DNA of 64,000 nt from Fibrobacterales bacterium (GCA_051532035.1 JAOPTW010000001.1:29041-93040); one strand, 5' to 3'; counted from the first letter of the stretch, positions 27,802 through 37,391 are shown. Notes: generated from the sequence alone by a model not told the origin. Translations and numbers: made by a program.

Positions 27802-30549
27802 ATGATCTCAGCAAGTATTAAAAATATTCTTGAAAAACTAAATACACTTTCTAAAAAGAATTTGGAAGGAGCGCTTGGGGCTTGTGTGACCCGAGGGCAC
27901 TACGAAATAACAACAATGCACTTTATTTCACAGTGCCTAGAAGATAGTTCTGGTGATCTTATGGAGATTCTTAATTTCTTTAAAGTTGACCCAAATCTCT
28001 TTAGAAAAGCACTGAATGAAGAACTTAAAGAGTATCAGTCTGGTAATTCTGGGAAACCTGTTTTTTCTCCCTCTTTCTTAAGTACCTTAGAGCTGGCTTG
28101 GAGTGAAGCGACACTTAATTTGAATTGCCTTGAAATTAGAACTGGTTCAGTAGTGGTGGCACTTAGAAAAAATATGAATCTTGTACCAGAAGGGTTACAA
28201 GATTACTTTAAATTGATTCAAGCTGAGACGCTGGTAAATCAATTTGGCGAAATTGTTGCTGCTTCTCGCGAAGGACAAGCGACTAAGCATTCGACAGGTA
28301 AAGATGATGACATTTCAGACGACTCTTTCTTAGGGACTTATACAGAAGATTTCGTTGCTTTTGCAAAAACTGGAAAAATTGATCCTATTTTTGGTAGAGA
28401 TGATGAGATTCGTCAGACTATAGATATCCTTTCTCGTAGACGTAAAAATAATCCAATCTTTATTGGTGAGGCAGGCGTTGGTAAAACTGCAGTTGTTGAA
28501 GGGCTTGCTCTTAAAATTGCAGAGGGAGATGTTCCTGATGCCCTTAAAGATGTTGAATTGAGAAGCCTTGATATGGGAACTCTTTCGGCAGGTGCTGGTG
28601 TTCGCGGTGAATTTGAAAACCGTTTGAAAGGTATTATTAATGAAATAAAAGAGTCGGATAAACATATCATTCTCTTTATTGATGAAGCGCATACTATGAT
28701 AGGTGCGGGTGGTGAAGCAGGAAAGAATGACGCTGCGAATCTTTTAAAACCTGAACTTGCACGTGGTGATATTAAGTGTATAGCTGCAACGACTTTTACT
28801 GAGTTTAGAAAATATTTTGAAAAAGATCCTGCTATTGCACGTCGATTTCAAGCGGTTACTATTGCAGAACCCGATCCAGAATCTGCGGCTATTATGCTGA
28901 GAGGGCTTCGAGAAAAATATGAAGATTTTCACGGTGTAAAAATTTCTTACGAAGCAGTGAAAGCGGCATGTGTATTTTCAAATAAATTTATTGCGGGTCG
29001 TCAACTACCCGATAAAGCAGTTGACCTTTTAGATACTGCTACAGCACGGGTAAAAATGGGTCTTAAGACTAAGCCTGCAGCATTGCAAAACCTAGAACAG
29101 AGTATTTCGAATCTTCAAATTGAGATTAAAACTCTTGAGAAAGATTTAAATGCAGGTATTCTTCTTGATGAAACACAACTAAGCGATGCAAAAGATCGCT
29201 ATGAAAATGCTCAAACAGTTGCTGCGACACTCACAAATGAGTGGAGTAAAGAACTTGAACAAGTAAATGCAATTATTGCATTTGAAGAGAAGGTACAAGC
29301 CGCTTCAGATGCCGATAAGCCAGCTTTGCGAGCAGAGCTGAAAGAGTTGTGGAAGTCTCTTGAAGAGATTCAACATGAAAAACCACTGGTACACGCTCAC
29401 GTTACTCCTGCAGTAATTGCCCAAATTATCGAAGAGTGGACTGGAATCCCTGCCGGAAATATGATGAAATCAGAAGCGGCGACACTCCTAGAACTAGGTG
29501 AGACTATTAATAATAGAGTTATTGGTCAGCCTTGGGGCGTTGCTGAGATCTCAAATACTATTCGTTCAGGAAAAATGGGCCTTACTAAAGCTGAAGCTCC
29601 TATAGGTGTTTTTCTTGTAACTGGGCCATCTGGCGTTGGTAAAACCGAAGTAGCACGTACAATCGCCGATCTTATGTTTGGTGGAGAACGCTCAGTGGTA
29701 ACAATCAATATGTCTGAGTATCAAGACAGTATGTCGGTCACACAATTGAAAGGTGCAAGTGCAGGGTATGTTGGCTATGGTGATGGCGGAATACTCACTG
29801 AGGGTGTTCGTAAAAACCCATACACTGTTGTGATTCTTGATGAGGTAGAAAAAGCTCATAAAGATGTACTGAATATGTTTTACCAAGTATTTGATCAAGG
29901 TATACTTAGAGATGGTGAAGGCCGTGATATTAACTTCCGTAATACGGTTATATTGATGACGAGTAATTTAGGTACTGATACTATCTGTAACATGGCTGTT
30001 GATGAAGAGAACGACTATGAATATGGTGAATACTCAGAAGCAATTGTAGATGAACTTACAGCACACTTTGCACCAGCACTATTAGCACGCTGTAAGGTTG
30101 TTCCATTTCTTCCATTGGGATACGATTCACTCCAAAAAATTATTGCGATTAAACTCAATAAAGTAGCAAATACACTTATGGATACTCATGGGATTACCTT
30201 TGCAGTATCACCTAAAATTATTGATAAAGTGGTCAATCAGTGTACGCTTATGCAGTCGGGTGCACGTAATATTGATACTATTCTCGATCAACAAATTTTG
30301 CCAGAGATTTCTAGAAATCTTTTGATTAATGTTGCTGATGAGAAGGTGGTAACTCATCTCTTTATCTCTGTTGATGATGAGGGTCAGTATCAGTTTTACT
30401 TTTCGGAAGGTGATTTTGATGCCCCTGAGCTCAATGAAACCGCCGAGGATATAAGTGAAGTAGCAGAGAGTGAAGATGAATTGACTTCGGAAGACCATTC
30501 CGAAGCAGAACCCGATGCAGTCTCTGAAGAGACTACTGATGCACAGTAG
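27802..30549 (+). CDS. tssH: T6SS ATPase TssH (ClpV)
   Basis: Two AAA+ modules (GEAGVGKT, GPSGVGKT), RQLPDKAVDLLDTA; located in the T6SS operon. Confidence 0.96.
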   Translation: MISASIKNILEKLNTLSKKNLEGALGACVTRGHYEITTMHFISQCLEDSSGDLMEILNFFKVDPNLFRKALNEELKEYQSGNSGKPVFSPSFLSTLELAWSEATLNLNCLEIRTGSVVVALRKNMNLVPEGLQDYFKLIQAETLVNQFGEIVAASREGQATKHSTGKDDDISDDSFLGTYTEDFVAFAKTGKIDPIFGRDDEIRQTIDILSRRRKNNPIFIGEAGVGKTAVVEGLALKIAEGDVPDALKDVELRSLDMGTLSAGAGVRGEFENRLKGIINEIKESDKHIILFIDEAHTMIGAGGEAGKNDAANLLKPELARGDIKCIAATTFTEFRKYFEKDPAIARRFQAVTIAEPDPESAAIMLRGLREKYEDFHGVKISYEAVKAACVFSNKFIAGRQLPDKAVDLLDTATARVKMGLKTKPAALQNLEQSISNLQIEIKTLEKDLNAGILLDETQLSDAKDRYENAQTVAATLTNEWSKELEQVNAIIAFEEKVQAASDADKPALRAELKELWKSLEEIQHEKPLVHAHVTPAVIAQIIEEWTGIPAGNMMKSEAATLLELGETINNRVIGQPWGVAEISNTIRSGKMGLTKAEAPIGVFLVTGPSGVGKTEVARTIADLMFGGERSVVTINMSEYQDSMSVTQLKGASAGYVGYGDGGILTEGVRKNPYTVVILDEVEKAHKDVLNMFYQVFDQGILRDGEGRDINFRNTVILMTSNLGTDTICNMAVDEENDYEYGEYSEAIVDELTAHFAPALLARCKVVPFLPLGYDSLQKIIAIKLNKVANTLMDTHGITFAVSPKIIDKVVNQCTLMQSGARNIDTILDQQILPEISRNLLINVADEKVVTHLFISVDDEGQYQFYFSEGDFDAPELNETAEDISEVAESEDELTSEDHSEAEPDAVSEETTDAQ

Positions 30550-30557
30550 GAGGAACT

Positions 30558-32711
30558 ATGAGTTCTGCGGATACTACACTTTATAAATTAACTGTTTCGG
30601 GACTTCCTGAAGATCAGTTTACAGTACTTTCATTCTCTGGAATTGAAGAGGTTGCTGTTGGGTATAGTTACAAAATTATTGCTATTAGTAATGAAACTGA
30701 CCTGAGTTATGATGAGCTTATAGGAATTCAGACGGAATTTGAAATAAAAATTTCTGATGAAGCAATTATGCATCATGGAATAGTAACTGAAATTGATGAA
30801 GAACCGTTTATTGATAATAGAGCTCAATATACTTTGACCATTGAACCCAAACACTCTCTTCTTAAGTATACAACTCAAAGTAGAATATTTCAGGATATGA
30901 GTGTTCAAGAAATTATTCAAGAAGTACTTGAAGGTGCTGGTCTTACATCAAACGATTTCTCATTTGAATTAAATGGGAGTTATGATCCATTAGAGTTTAC
31001 GGCTCAATACAATGAATCGGACTTTAATTTTATACAGCGCTTGATGGAGTATAATGGTATTTATTACTTTTTTGACCATGAAGGTGATTCAGAAATACTA
31101 AAAATTTGTGATGACAATGCTGCGTTTGGTGAGATGCAACTCGAATCACAACTGCGCTATCAGCCCAATGCAGATATGGTTGTGCCAGAGCTTAATACTG
31201 TACGCTCTATTAATCGACAGCGTAAAATGGTAACAGGCAAAGTCACCATGAAAGATTATAATTATAGTCAGCCTGAAACGAATATTTTTGGTACTGCTGA
31301 AGCAGATGTTGGTGTCGGTGAATTTTATCAGTTTGCTGATACTATGGGTACTACTGACCAAGCAAATTCTCTTGCCACTTTGCGTAAAGAGATGCTTGTC
31401 TGCCGCAAAGATGTAATTCGAATTCGTTCAAGTTGTCATCAAGTTAAATCGGGATACCAATGTACTATTGATGATGATGGTGTCTATGGGTTTGACTCTG
31501 ATTATCTAGTTCTTCGTGTTGAACATCGCGGTTCACAAGAGGCCTCAGTCTTAGGTGAAGGAGCTGCTACAGCTTATATGAACGTATTTCACTGCATCGA
31601 TGCATCGGTTACTTTTCGACCAATGTTTACTGTTAAAAAGCCTAAAATTGAAGGGCTTATGACCGTAAAAGTTGATGGCCCAGAGGATGACTATGCGTAT
31701 TTAGATGACACTGGGCGATATAAAGTAAAAATGCCGTATGATCTCTCTGATGCTTCAGACGGGACAGCAAGTCTACCGGTCCGTTTATCCCAACCCTACT
31801 CGGGGAGCAACTACGGTATGCACTTTCCCGTACACATGGGGTGTGATCTTGTTATCGGATTTGAGAATGGAGATATTGATAAACCTATTGCGGTAGGTAC
31901 AGCGCCCAACCCATCACAAACATCTCCAGTAAGTAGTGCTAATAAAAGTGAAAGTATTATTAAGACTGCTTCTGGGCATCAGTTCCGTATGGATGACCTT
32001 GAAGATAAGACAAAAATTGATTTGATGACTACGGGTGGTCATACCCTTGAGTTTAATGATGATGTCGATGTACAACAGATTAAAATTACCTCAACGGGTG
32101 AACATCAAGTCTTGATTGATGATACCAATGAAAAAATTGTCATTAATACCAAAGAAAATAAGTCGACCATTACCATGGATAATACTAATGAGTTTACATC
32201 TATCGAGACTGCTACAGGGCATCTTATTAAGATGGATGATGCAAATGAATTTATTGGGATTCAGAGTGGTGCAGGACATGCCATTCAGATTCATGATGGC
32301 GATGGCTTAATTACATTACAAGATGCTGATGGCTCTCACGTGATTCAAATTGATGCTTCTGGTACCATTAGTGTTACCACGAGTGGTGATATTGAAATGA
32401 AAGCAGATGGCGCAATTAATATGGATGGTGATGAAGTTAATATTACAGGCCATTCAGCAGTCAATATCGCCTCTGATATGGGAGATGTTTCTATTGAAGG
32501 GATGAATTTCAATGCAAAAAGTTCTGCAGGGGATGTTGCTATCGAAGCAGCAATGAATGCAAATCTCAAAGGCGGTATGAATCTTGCATTAGAAGGTGGA
32601 TTAAATCTTGAGGCCAAAGCGGGTCTTGAAGGTAAATTTACTGGGACAATGGTAACCACTGAGGGCTCAGCAATGATGACCGTTAAAGGTGGTTTGGTTA
32701 TGATAAACTAG
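30558..32711 (+). CDS. vgrG: T6SS spike protein VgrG (TssI)
   Basis: QYNESDFNFIQRL, YGMHFP, FENGDIDKP, then a long repetitive C-terminal spike region. Confidence 0.95.
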   Translation: MSSADTTLYKLTVSGLPEDQFTVLSFSGIEEVAVGYSYKIIAISNETDLSYDELIGIQTEFEIKISDEAIMHHGIVTEIDEEPFIDNRAQYTLTIEPKHSLLKYTTQSRIFQDMSVQEIIQEVLEGAGLTSNDFSFELNGSYDPLEFTAQYNESDFNFIQRLMEYNGIYYFFDHEGDSEILKICDDNAAFGEMQLESQLRYQPNADMVVPELNTVRSINRQRKMVTGKVTMKDYNYSQPETNIFGTAEADVGVGEFYQFADTMGTTDQANSLATLRKEMLVCRKDVIRIRSSCHQVKSGYQCTIDDDGVYGFDSDYLVLRVEHRGSQEASVLGEGAATAYMNVFHCIDASVTFRPMFTVKKPKIEGLMTVKVDGPEDDYAYLDDTGRYKVKMPYDLSDASDGTASLPVRLSQPYSGSNYGMHFPVHMGCDLVIGFENGDIDKPIAVGTAPNPSQTSPVSSANKSESIIKTASGHQFRMDDLEDKTKIDLMTTGGHTLEFNDDVDVQQIKITSTGEHQVLIDDTNEKIVINTKENKSTITMDNTNEFTSIETATGHLIKMDDANEFIGIQSGAGHAIQIHDGDGLITLQDADGSHVIQIDASGTISVTTSGDIEMKADGAINMDGDEVNITGHSAVNIASDMGDVSIEGMNFNAKSSAGDVAIEAAMNANLKGGMNLALEGGLNLEAKAGLEGKFTGTMVTTEGSAMMTVKGGLVMIN

Positions 32712-32719
32712 GGGTTCGT

Positions 32720-33784
32720 ATGTGGCAGACAACGTTTACTCCTGGCTATAAACCAGACGGCACACCAATACTGAGTGTACTTGCTAAAGAGACCTATCGT
32801 TATACCAATGGGACCATGGCTGAAGTTGATACTGATGCCCCCATTGAACTCTATGAAGAGGATAGTTATTATGGTGAAGGGGACCCCACAAAGGACCCTT
32901 TAAAACATGAATCGGACCTTGTAGCTTTTAAGCCATCGACTGATGTTATTTTTATTGGGAAGGCAGAGTGCCCGAATGGTAAAAAAGCACGTTTTTTTGA
33001 TTTAACTGTGGCAGTTAACGAGCTTTTTAAGACGGTTCGGGTAATAGGTGACCGTACTGCAGTGGTAACACCTTCTGGCCTTACCTTTACTGAACCAGAA
33101 CTTTTTGAGTCAATGCCTCTTCATTTTGGACTTGCATATGGGGGCTGTGATAGTGAATCAGACCCTGAATATGATTACGTATATGGCCCTAACCCCATAG
33201 GAAAGGGATATATTGTTAAAAACAACCCATTGGTTCTTAATGGGTTGGAACTGCCTAATCTGGAAGATCCACATCATTTACTGAGTCCTGATACTTTAGT
33301 GCTCAAAAACCACGAGCGATGGAAGAGTATGCCGGCACCATGTGCTTTGGGATATCGATCAAAGCATGGTATCGATCGAATGATACATGCCCAAAAGGCT
33401 GTTGAGCCTGGGAGAGAAGGTGATGCTGATATAAAAGGATATGTACACCCTGCTTTTTATAATGGTGCCTCTATGGAGATGACGTTACCACTATTACAAG
33501 GTGGCGAACGTATAACTATGATGTATATGGACCCAGAGCATCCTAAATTTCATTTTCAATTACCTACTGAACGACCTATGCTCTGGTTGAATACTGGCTC
33601 AGGTATTCGTGAAGCTGAAGCAACTCTTCAAACGGTTGAAGTGTATAAACCTACTAATCAGGTCACGGTTCTCTGGCGTGGTGAGTTTGTTTATCCAGGG
33701 CCAGAGGCCTTTAGTTCATTTACAGCCCTTGAATATGGAGCTTTTACTGCAACGAATCAAATGGTACCGGCTTCTACCGTATAG
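32720..33784 (+). CDS. DUF2169 family T6SS adaptor, copy 2
   Basis: HESDLVAFKPSTDVI, AYGG, NPIGKG, LPNLEDP, VTVLWRG; clear paralog of 8998..10083. Confidence 0.88.
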   Translation: MWQTTFTPGYKPDGTPILSVLAKETYRYTNGTMAEVDTDAPIELYEEDSYYGEGDPTKDPLKHESDLVAFKPSTDVIFIGKAECPNGKKARFFDLTVAVNELFKTVRVIGDRTAVVTPSGLTFTEPELFESMPLHFGLAYGGCDSESDPEYDYVYGPNPIGKGYIVKNNPLVLNGLELPNLEDPHHLLSPDTLVLKNHERWKSMPAPCALGYRSKHGIDRMIHAQKAVEPGREGDADIKGYVHPAFYNGASMEMTLPLLQGGERITMMYMDPEHPKFHFQLPTERPMLWLNTGSGIREAEATLQTVEVYKPTNQVTVLWRGEFVYPGPEAFSSFTALEYGAFTATNQMVPASTV

Positions 33785-33820
33785 CAAAAGCACAGTACAG
33801 TGTTATTGGGTTATGATGAA

Positions 33821-34291
33821 TTACTGTATTCCCATTTGAAGTAATACAACATTATCTGATGATTCTGGCCCGTCCCATTTTACATACACTTCACGAGAGA
33901 TATCGGTAAGGGGAGTGCCGTCTTTCATTATACCCTGCATAAAAGGCGCCCACCCTTTAGACCCTAAATCTGCAAGAGTGCCCTTGTATTCAGTCTCTAA
34001 GCAGATAAAAGGTTCTGTTGTTACTAATGTGTAGTTACCGGCATAGGTAGTCCCTGATGCAACTGGAAAGCAAATATTGAGGGTGAATTCTTTATCAATA
34101 TCCTCTGAACAGCCAATATATTCAAACAAAGCTGGGCCTGTAATGGCAATGCCTGCATCTTGAATATCTTGCATGAGCTGTTCGGGAAGGGTTCCAATTG
34201 CTGCAATTAATGTTTTTAATGTCGCTGTTGTTGTTGTCGTAATGAGTGTTAAGGATTCGGTTGTTTTTTTTGTTATTGTACTGTGTGACAT
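33821..34291 (-). CDS. GyrI-like small-molecule-binding protein
   Basis: Likely start ATG 34291 after CAGGAG; GPALFEY...ICFPV, YKG, SREVY; downstream of a WYL regulator. Confidence 0.75.
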   Translation of the reverse strand: MSHSTITKKTTESLTLITTTTTATLKTLIAAIGTLPEQLMQDIQDAGIAITGPALFEYIGCSEDIDKEFTLNICFPVASGTTYAGNYTLVTTEPFICLETEYKGTLADLGSKGWAPFMQGIMKDGTPLTDISREVYVKWDGPESSDNVVLLQMGIQ

Positions 34292-34351
34292 TGTTGTCTC
34301 CTGGTAAGTGTTTTGATAATGATACACAGCAGCGCTGTTGTATCTTGTACA

Positions 34352-34387
34352 AGTATACTAAGGCAGTATGACAACCCTATGTCAGTA
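34352..34387 (-). promoter_or_regulatory. Putative WYL-activated promoter
   Basis: Minus strand reads TACTGACA-tagggt-TGTCAT-actgccttag-TATACT: a TGACA-N6-TGTCA palindrome plus TGTCAT-N10-TATACT spacing. Confidence 0.65.
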
Positions 34388-34418
34388 GGGATTCATTAGG
34401 TACTATTAAATGGAGTGA

Positions 34419-35381
34419 TTAGGAGTGTGTGTGTTGGAAGGCATAGTGTTTATATGCTTGATCGAGATGAGTGTGAATATGGTCGATGAGAGCCGGTGGT
34501 GATACATTAGATATTGCTGTAGTAAAACTCATTATCCATCGTGCAAAATGGGCAAGCTCAGGAGTGTAAAAGGTGAGTTTCCACTGCGACCCCTCAATTA
34601 CTTGTGAATGAAAGCCAAAAAATTGTTTACTTGAATCTAAGATTCCCAAATTGTTAGAATGTATTTGTAGGGTTACCTTAATTAAAGGACTCTGAGTTTT
34701 TTGTTGCTCAATATATTGAGAGAGAGTGAGTCGGTTATGCGGCTTGAAAGAATTCTTTCCCAAATTAATCTGTTGAATTCTGTCACTACGGAAATCACGG
34801 TAATTATTTCTGAGCTGACAATAGCCGATAAGGTGCCAGTAATCCATATAGTGTATGAGGCCTATTGGCTCAATAATGCGTTCAGTTGTTTCACCTTTTT
34901 TTGAGGCATAGAGAATGGTAAGGTTTTTTGAATGGGCTATAGCTTGTTGTATCTTATTTATCGTTTGAGGAGCGCGCTGTTTTTCAAATGGTTTTCTATG
35001 ATGAATGGTGATGGTTGATTGTAACTGTTCAATAAAATCCTTTTCTGAATGGGGGAGTACCGCTTGTATCTTCATCATTGCGGAGAGATAATTTTCAGAA
35101 GTTGCAGAATCGGTCATTGTTTCAACAAATTTTTTACCAATAAGGAGTGAGCCGGCTTCGTCCTGGGTAAATTGAACTGGGGGGAGGCGGTATCCTTCAA
35201 GTAAAAAGTATCCAAGGCCTGCCTCAGCACCAATTGGAACTCCTGCTTCTTCTAGTGCTCGAATATCGCGATATACGGTACGTACACTAATATCAAAGCG
35301 TTCAGCAATTTCTTTGGCTGTGACAATCCGCTTGGACTGGAGTTGTATGAGTATTGCAGTGAGTCTGTCGATTCTATTCAT
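34419..35381 (-). CDS. YafY-family HTH-WYL transcriptional regulator
   Basis: MNRIDRL..IL..L, SVRTVYRDIRALEEAGVPI, YWHLIGYCQLRNNYRDFRSDRI. Confidence 0.95.
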   Translation of the reverse strand: MNRIDRLTAILIQLQSKRIVTAKEIAERFDISVRTVYRDIRALEEAGVPIGAEAGLGYFLLEGYRLPPVQFTQDEAGSLLIGKKFVETMTDSATSENYLSAMMKIQAVLPHSEKDFIEQLQSTITIHHRKPFEKQRAPQTINKIQQAIAHSKNLTILYASKKGETTERIIEPIGLIHYMDYWHLIGYCQLRNNYRDFRSDRIQQINLGKNSFKPHNRLTLSQYIEQQKTQSPLIKVTLQIHSNNLGILDSSKQFFGFHSQVIEGSQWKLTFYTPELAHFARWIMSFTTAISNVSPPALIDHIHTHLDQAYKHYAFQHTHS

Positions 35382-35540
35382 ATTCTAAGTATAGAAAGGG
35401 AGGACTAAATAACAATAGGAGAGATAGAATAGGGGTTGCAATCTTGTAATTTATGAATAGTCTCCTTTTTTTTTCGCTCTCGATATTGATGAGCATTGTA
35501 GATTTATTGGGTAGAATAAACTGTTATATATGGAGTAACC

Positions 35541-35852
35541 ATGAGGAAAATGCCACTATTTATTGTAATACTTATTGCTTTGTTGGGGAGTGCATCGATT
35601 GCACTTGCTTGCGGAAGTTGTGATAAGCCTGAATGCAAAAAAAGTGAAAAAATTGAGTGTTCAAAAAAGGATCATTCAAAGTGCGACAAAGTGAAGTGCG
35701 ACAAAGTAAAATGTGATAAAACACCCGAAGAGTGTGCAAAAGCAAAGAAAGAGTGTACCAAAAAAGAGTGCCCTAAAAGCGCAATGAAAGATGATGAAAA
35801 ACCAAAATGTCATCGTGGTGCTACACAAGAAAAATCTGAAGGGGTTCTTTAA
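35541..35852 (+). CDS. Secreted Cys/Lys-rich low-complexity peptide (11 Cys), candidate RiPP precursor or metal-binding peptide
   Basis: Signal peptide ending ALA; repeated KCDKV and KEC motifs; 15-bp tandem DNA repeat near 35679-35720. Confidence 0.7.
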   Translation: MRKMPLFIVILIALLGSASIALACGSCDKPECKKSEKIECSKKDHSKCDKVKCDKVKCDKTPEECAKAKKECTKKECPKSAMKDDEKPKCHRGATQEKSEGVL

Positions 35853-35887
35853 AATTCTTCTAAATTTCGTTCTTGTTAAAGTGTATT

Positions 35888-35917
35888 AAACAGTAAGGTT
35901 TCCTTACTGTTTTTTTT
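35888..35917 (+). terminator. Intrinsic terminator
   Basis: AAACAGTAAGG-ttt-CCTTACTGTTT followed by a T-run. Confidence 0.8.
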
Positions 35918-36035
35918 GTAAAAAATTAATGTGCATACAAACTTGTAAAACAAAAAAAGAACCGTAAGTAATTGTAAGTATTGGAGTTTTCGAGTGACGA
36001 ATGCATAGAGAATAACTCACCTAATAGGAATAATA

Positions 36036-36545
36036 ATGAAAAATGAACTCGTAAAACTCGCAATCGCTGGCATGCTCGCTGGAGGAATATCAGCTTGTTC
36101 AGAAGACTTGCAAACATCAACAAACGTCCCGTCGGCTGCCCATGAAGCTTTTAAAGTAGATTGTGAAGAAAAGGGTGGAACCTATCAATTTAATGAAAAC
36201 TGTGCAGCAAACCATGAATGTGCCGGTCTTGCTATCAGTAAAGATGGTATTGTTGACAGTGAGTGTGCAGGTAAAACAGGCTGTGATGGTTCGGCGGTAT
36301 GTAATGGAGTAGATCAACCATCGAGTGCTGCAACAACAGCACCAATGAGTTCAGCTGCCGCAGCTATGACCCTTGCGAAATTTAAAACCGATTGTACTGA
36401 CGTTGGTGTTGTGTCTGAGCATATATGTGCCGGGCATAATGACTGTAAGGGTCAATCATTTAATGAGGACACTGGAGCAGTGTCAACTCATGATTGTAAA
36501 GGTATGGCTTCGTGTAAAGGGGCAACGTGTGTTGTTGAAAGTTAA
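36036..36545 (+). CDS. Cys-rich lipoprotein RiPP precursor (bufferin-like) with two six-Cys repeats
   Basis: Lipobox ISA-C; FKxDC...CAxxxxCxG...CxGxxxCxG..C occurs twice; immediately upstream of DUF692. Confidence 0.75.
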   Translation: MKNELVKLAIAGMLAGGISACSEDLQTSTNVPSAAHEAFKVDCEEKGGTYQFNENCAANHECAGLAISKDGIVDSECAGKTGCDGSAVCNGVDQPSSAATTAPMSSAAAAMTLAKFKTDCTDVGVVSEHICAGHNDCKGQSFNEDTGAVSTHDCKGMASCKGATCVVES

Positions 36546-36548
36546 GAG

Positions 36549-37391
36549 ATGAACTCTATGACAAATCCTTTTAAGAATATGGGAGTAGGAGTGGGGTTGC
36601 GTATACCGCACTACTCCTATATTTTTGAGCATAATCCTCACGTGGATTTTTTCGAAATTATTTCGGAAAACTTCATGGTTGATGGTGGATTACCCATTCG
36701 CAATCTCGAGCGAATACTTGAACGATATCGAGTGGTACAGCATGGGGTCTCAATGAATTTGGGTTCTATTGATCCACTCAATTTTGACTATCTCGCAGAC
36801 TTAAAAAAACTCGCAGATAAAACAGGTACCCCGTATGTGACCGATCACCTCTGCTGGAGTGGTGCTGGTGGCGCTCATCATCATGACTTATTGCCAATGC
36901 CTTATACTGAAGAAAATGCAAGGTATATAGCTGAGAGGGCCCGAATTGTACAAGATTATTTAGGGCGTCCTTTAGGCCTAGAAAATTTGTCGAGTTATAT
37001 GTCATTTAAGAACTCAACAATGACAGAGTGGGATTTCTATAACCGTGTCGTTGAACTTTCGGGCTGTTACTATATGCTCGATATAAATAATGTCTATGTG
37101 TCGGCAACGAATCAGAAATTTGATCCTAAAGAGTACATTGCTTCGATCGATTTTAATAAAGTAACTCAGGTTCATATAGCTGGCCATACAGTAAACCCCG
37201 ATGGGACAATTTTGGATACTCATGATATGCCTGTTTGCGATGCTGTGTGGGAACTCTATCGAATGAGCTGGGAACAATCAGAAAATGGTTTTTCAACGCT
37301 TTTGGAATGGGATGGAAATTTTATACCTTTTCCTGAAACCGTTGCTGAAGCAGAAAAAGCAAAAGGGTATCAGGGGGTCTCAGTTGGTTAA
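36549..37391 (+). CDS. DUF692 family multinuclear non-heme iron oxidative enzyme (MNIO)
   Basis: GVGLRIPHY, FFEIISENF, HGVSMNLGS, DHLCW, HDLLP.PYT, LENLSSY, LDINNVYV, HIAGH, DTH, LLEWD. Confidence 0.96.
   Translation: MNSMTNPFKNMGVGVGLRIPHYSYIFEHNPHVDFFEIISENFMVDGGLPIRNLERILERYRVVQHGVSMNLGSIDPLNFDYLADLKKLADKTGTPYVTDHLCWSGAGGAHHHDLLPMPYTEENARYIAERARIVQDYLGRPLGLENLSSYMSFKNSTMTEWDFYNRVVELSGCYYMLDINNVYVSATNQKFDPKEYIASIDFNKVTQVHIAGHTVNPDGTILDTHDMPVCDAVWELYRMSWEQSENGFSTLLEWDGNFIPFPETVAEAEKAKGYQGVSVG

Noticed and set aside
34419..35381. WYL gene as marker of an anti-phage defence island
   Set aside because: YafY-type architecture paired with a GyrI-like gene, and no defence genes are adjacent.
35679..35720. 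15-bp tandem repeat as a possible CRISPR-like array
   Set aside because: In-frame coding repeat (KCDKV) with no spacers and no cas genes.
35963..36001. ECF-type promoter (TGTAAG...CGAA) and GTAAGTA direct repeat upstream of the RiPP precursor
   Set aside because: The spacer is 18 nt, longer than the roughly 16 nt I would expect, and no ECF sigma gene is nearby; too weak to call.
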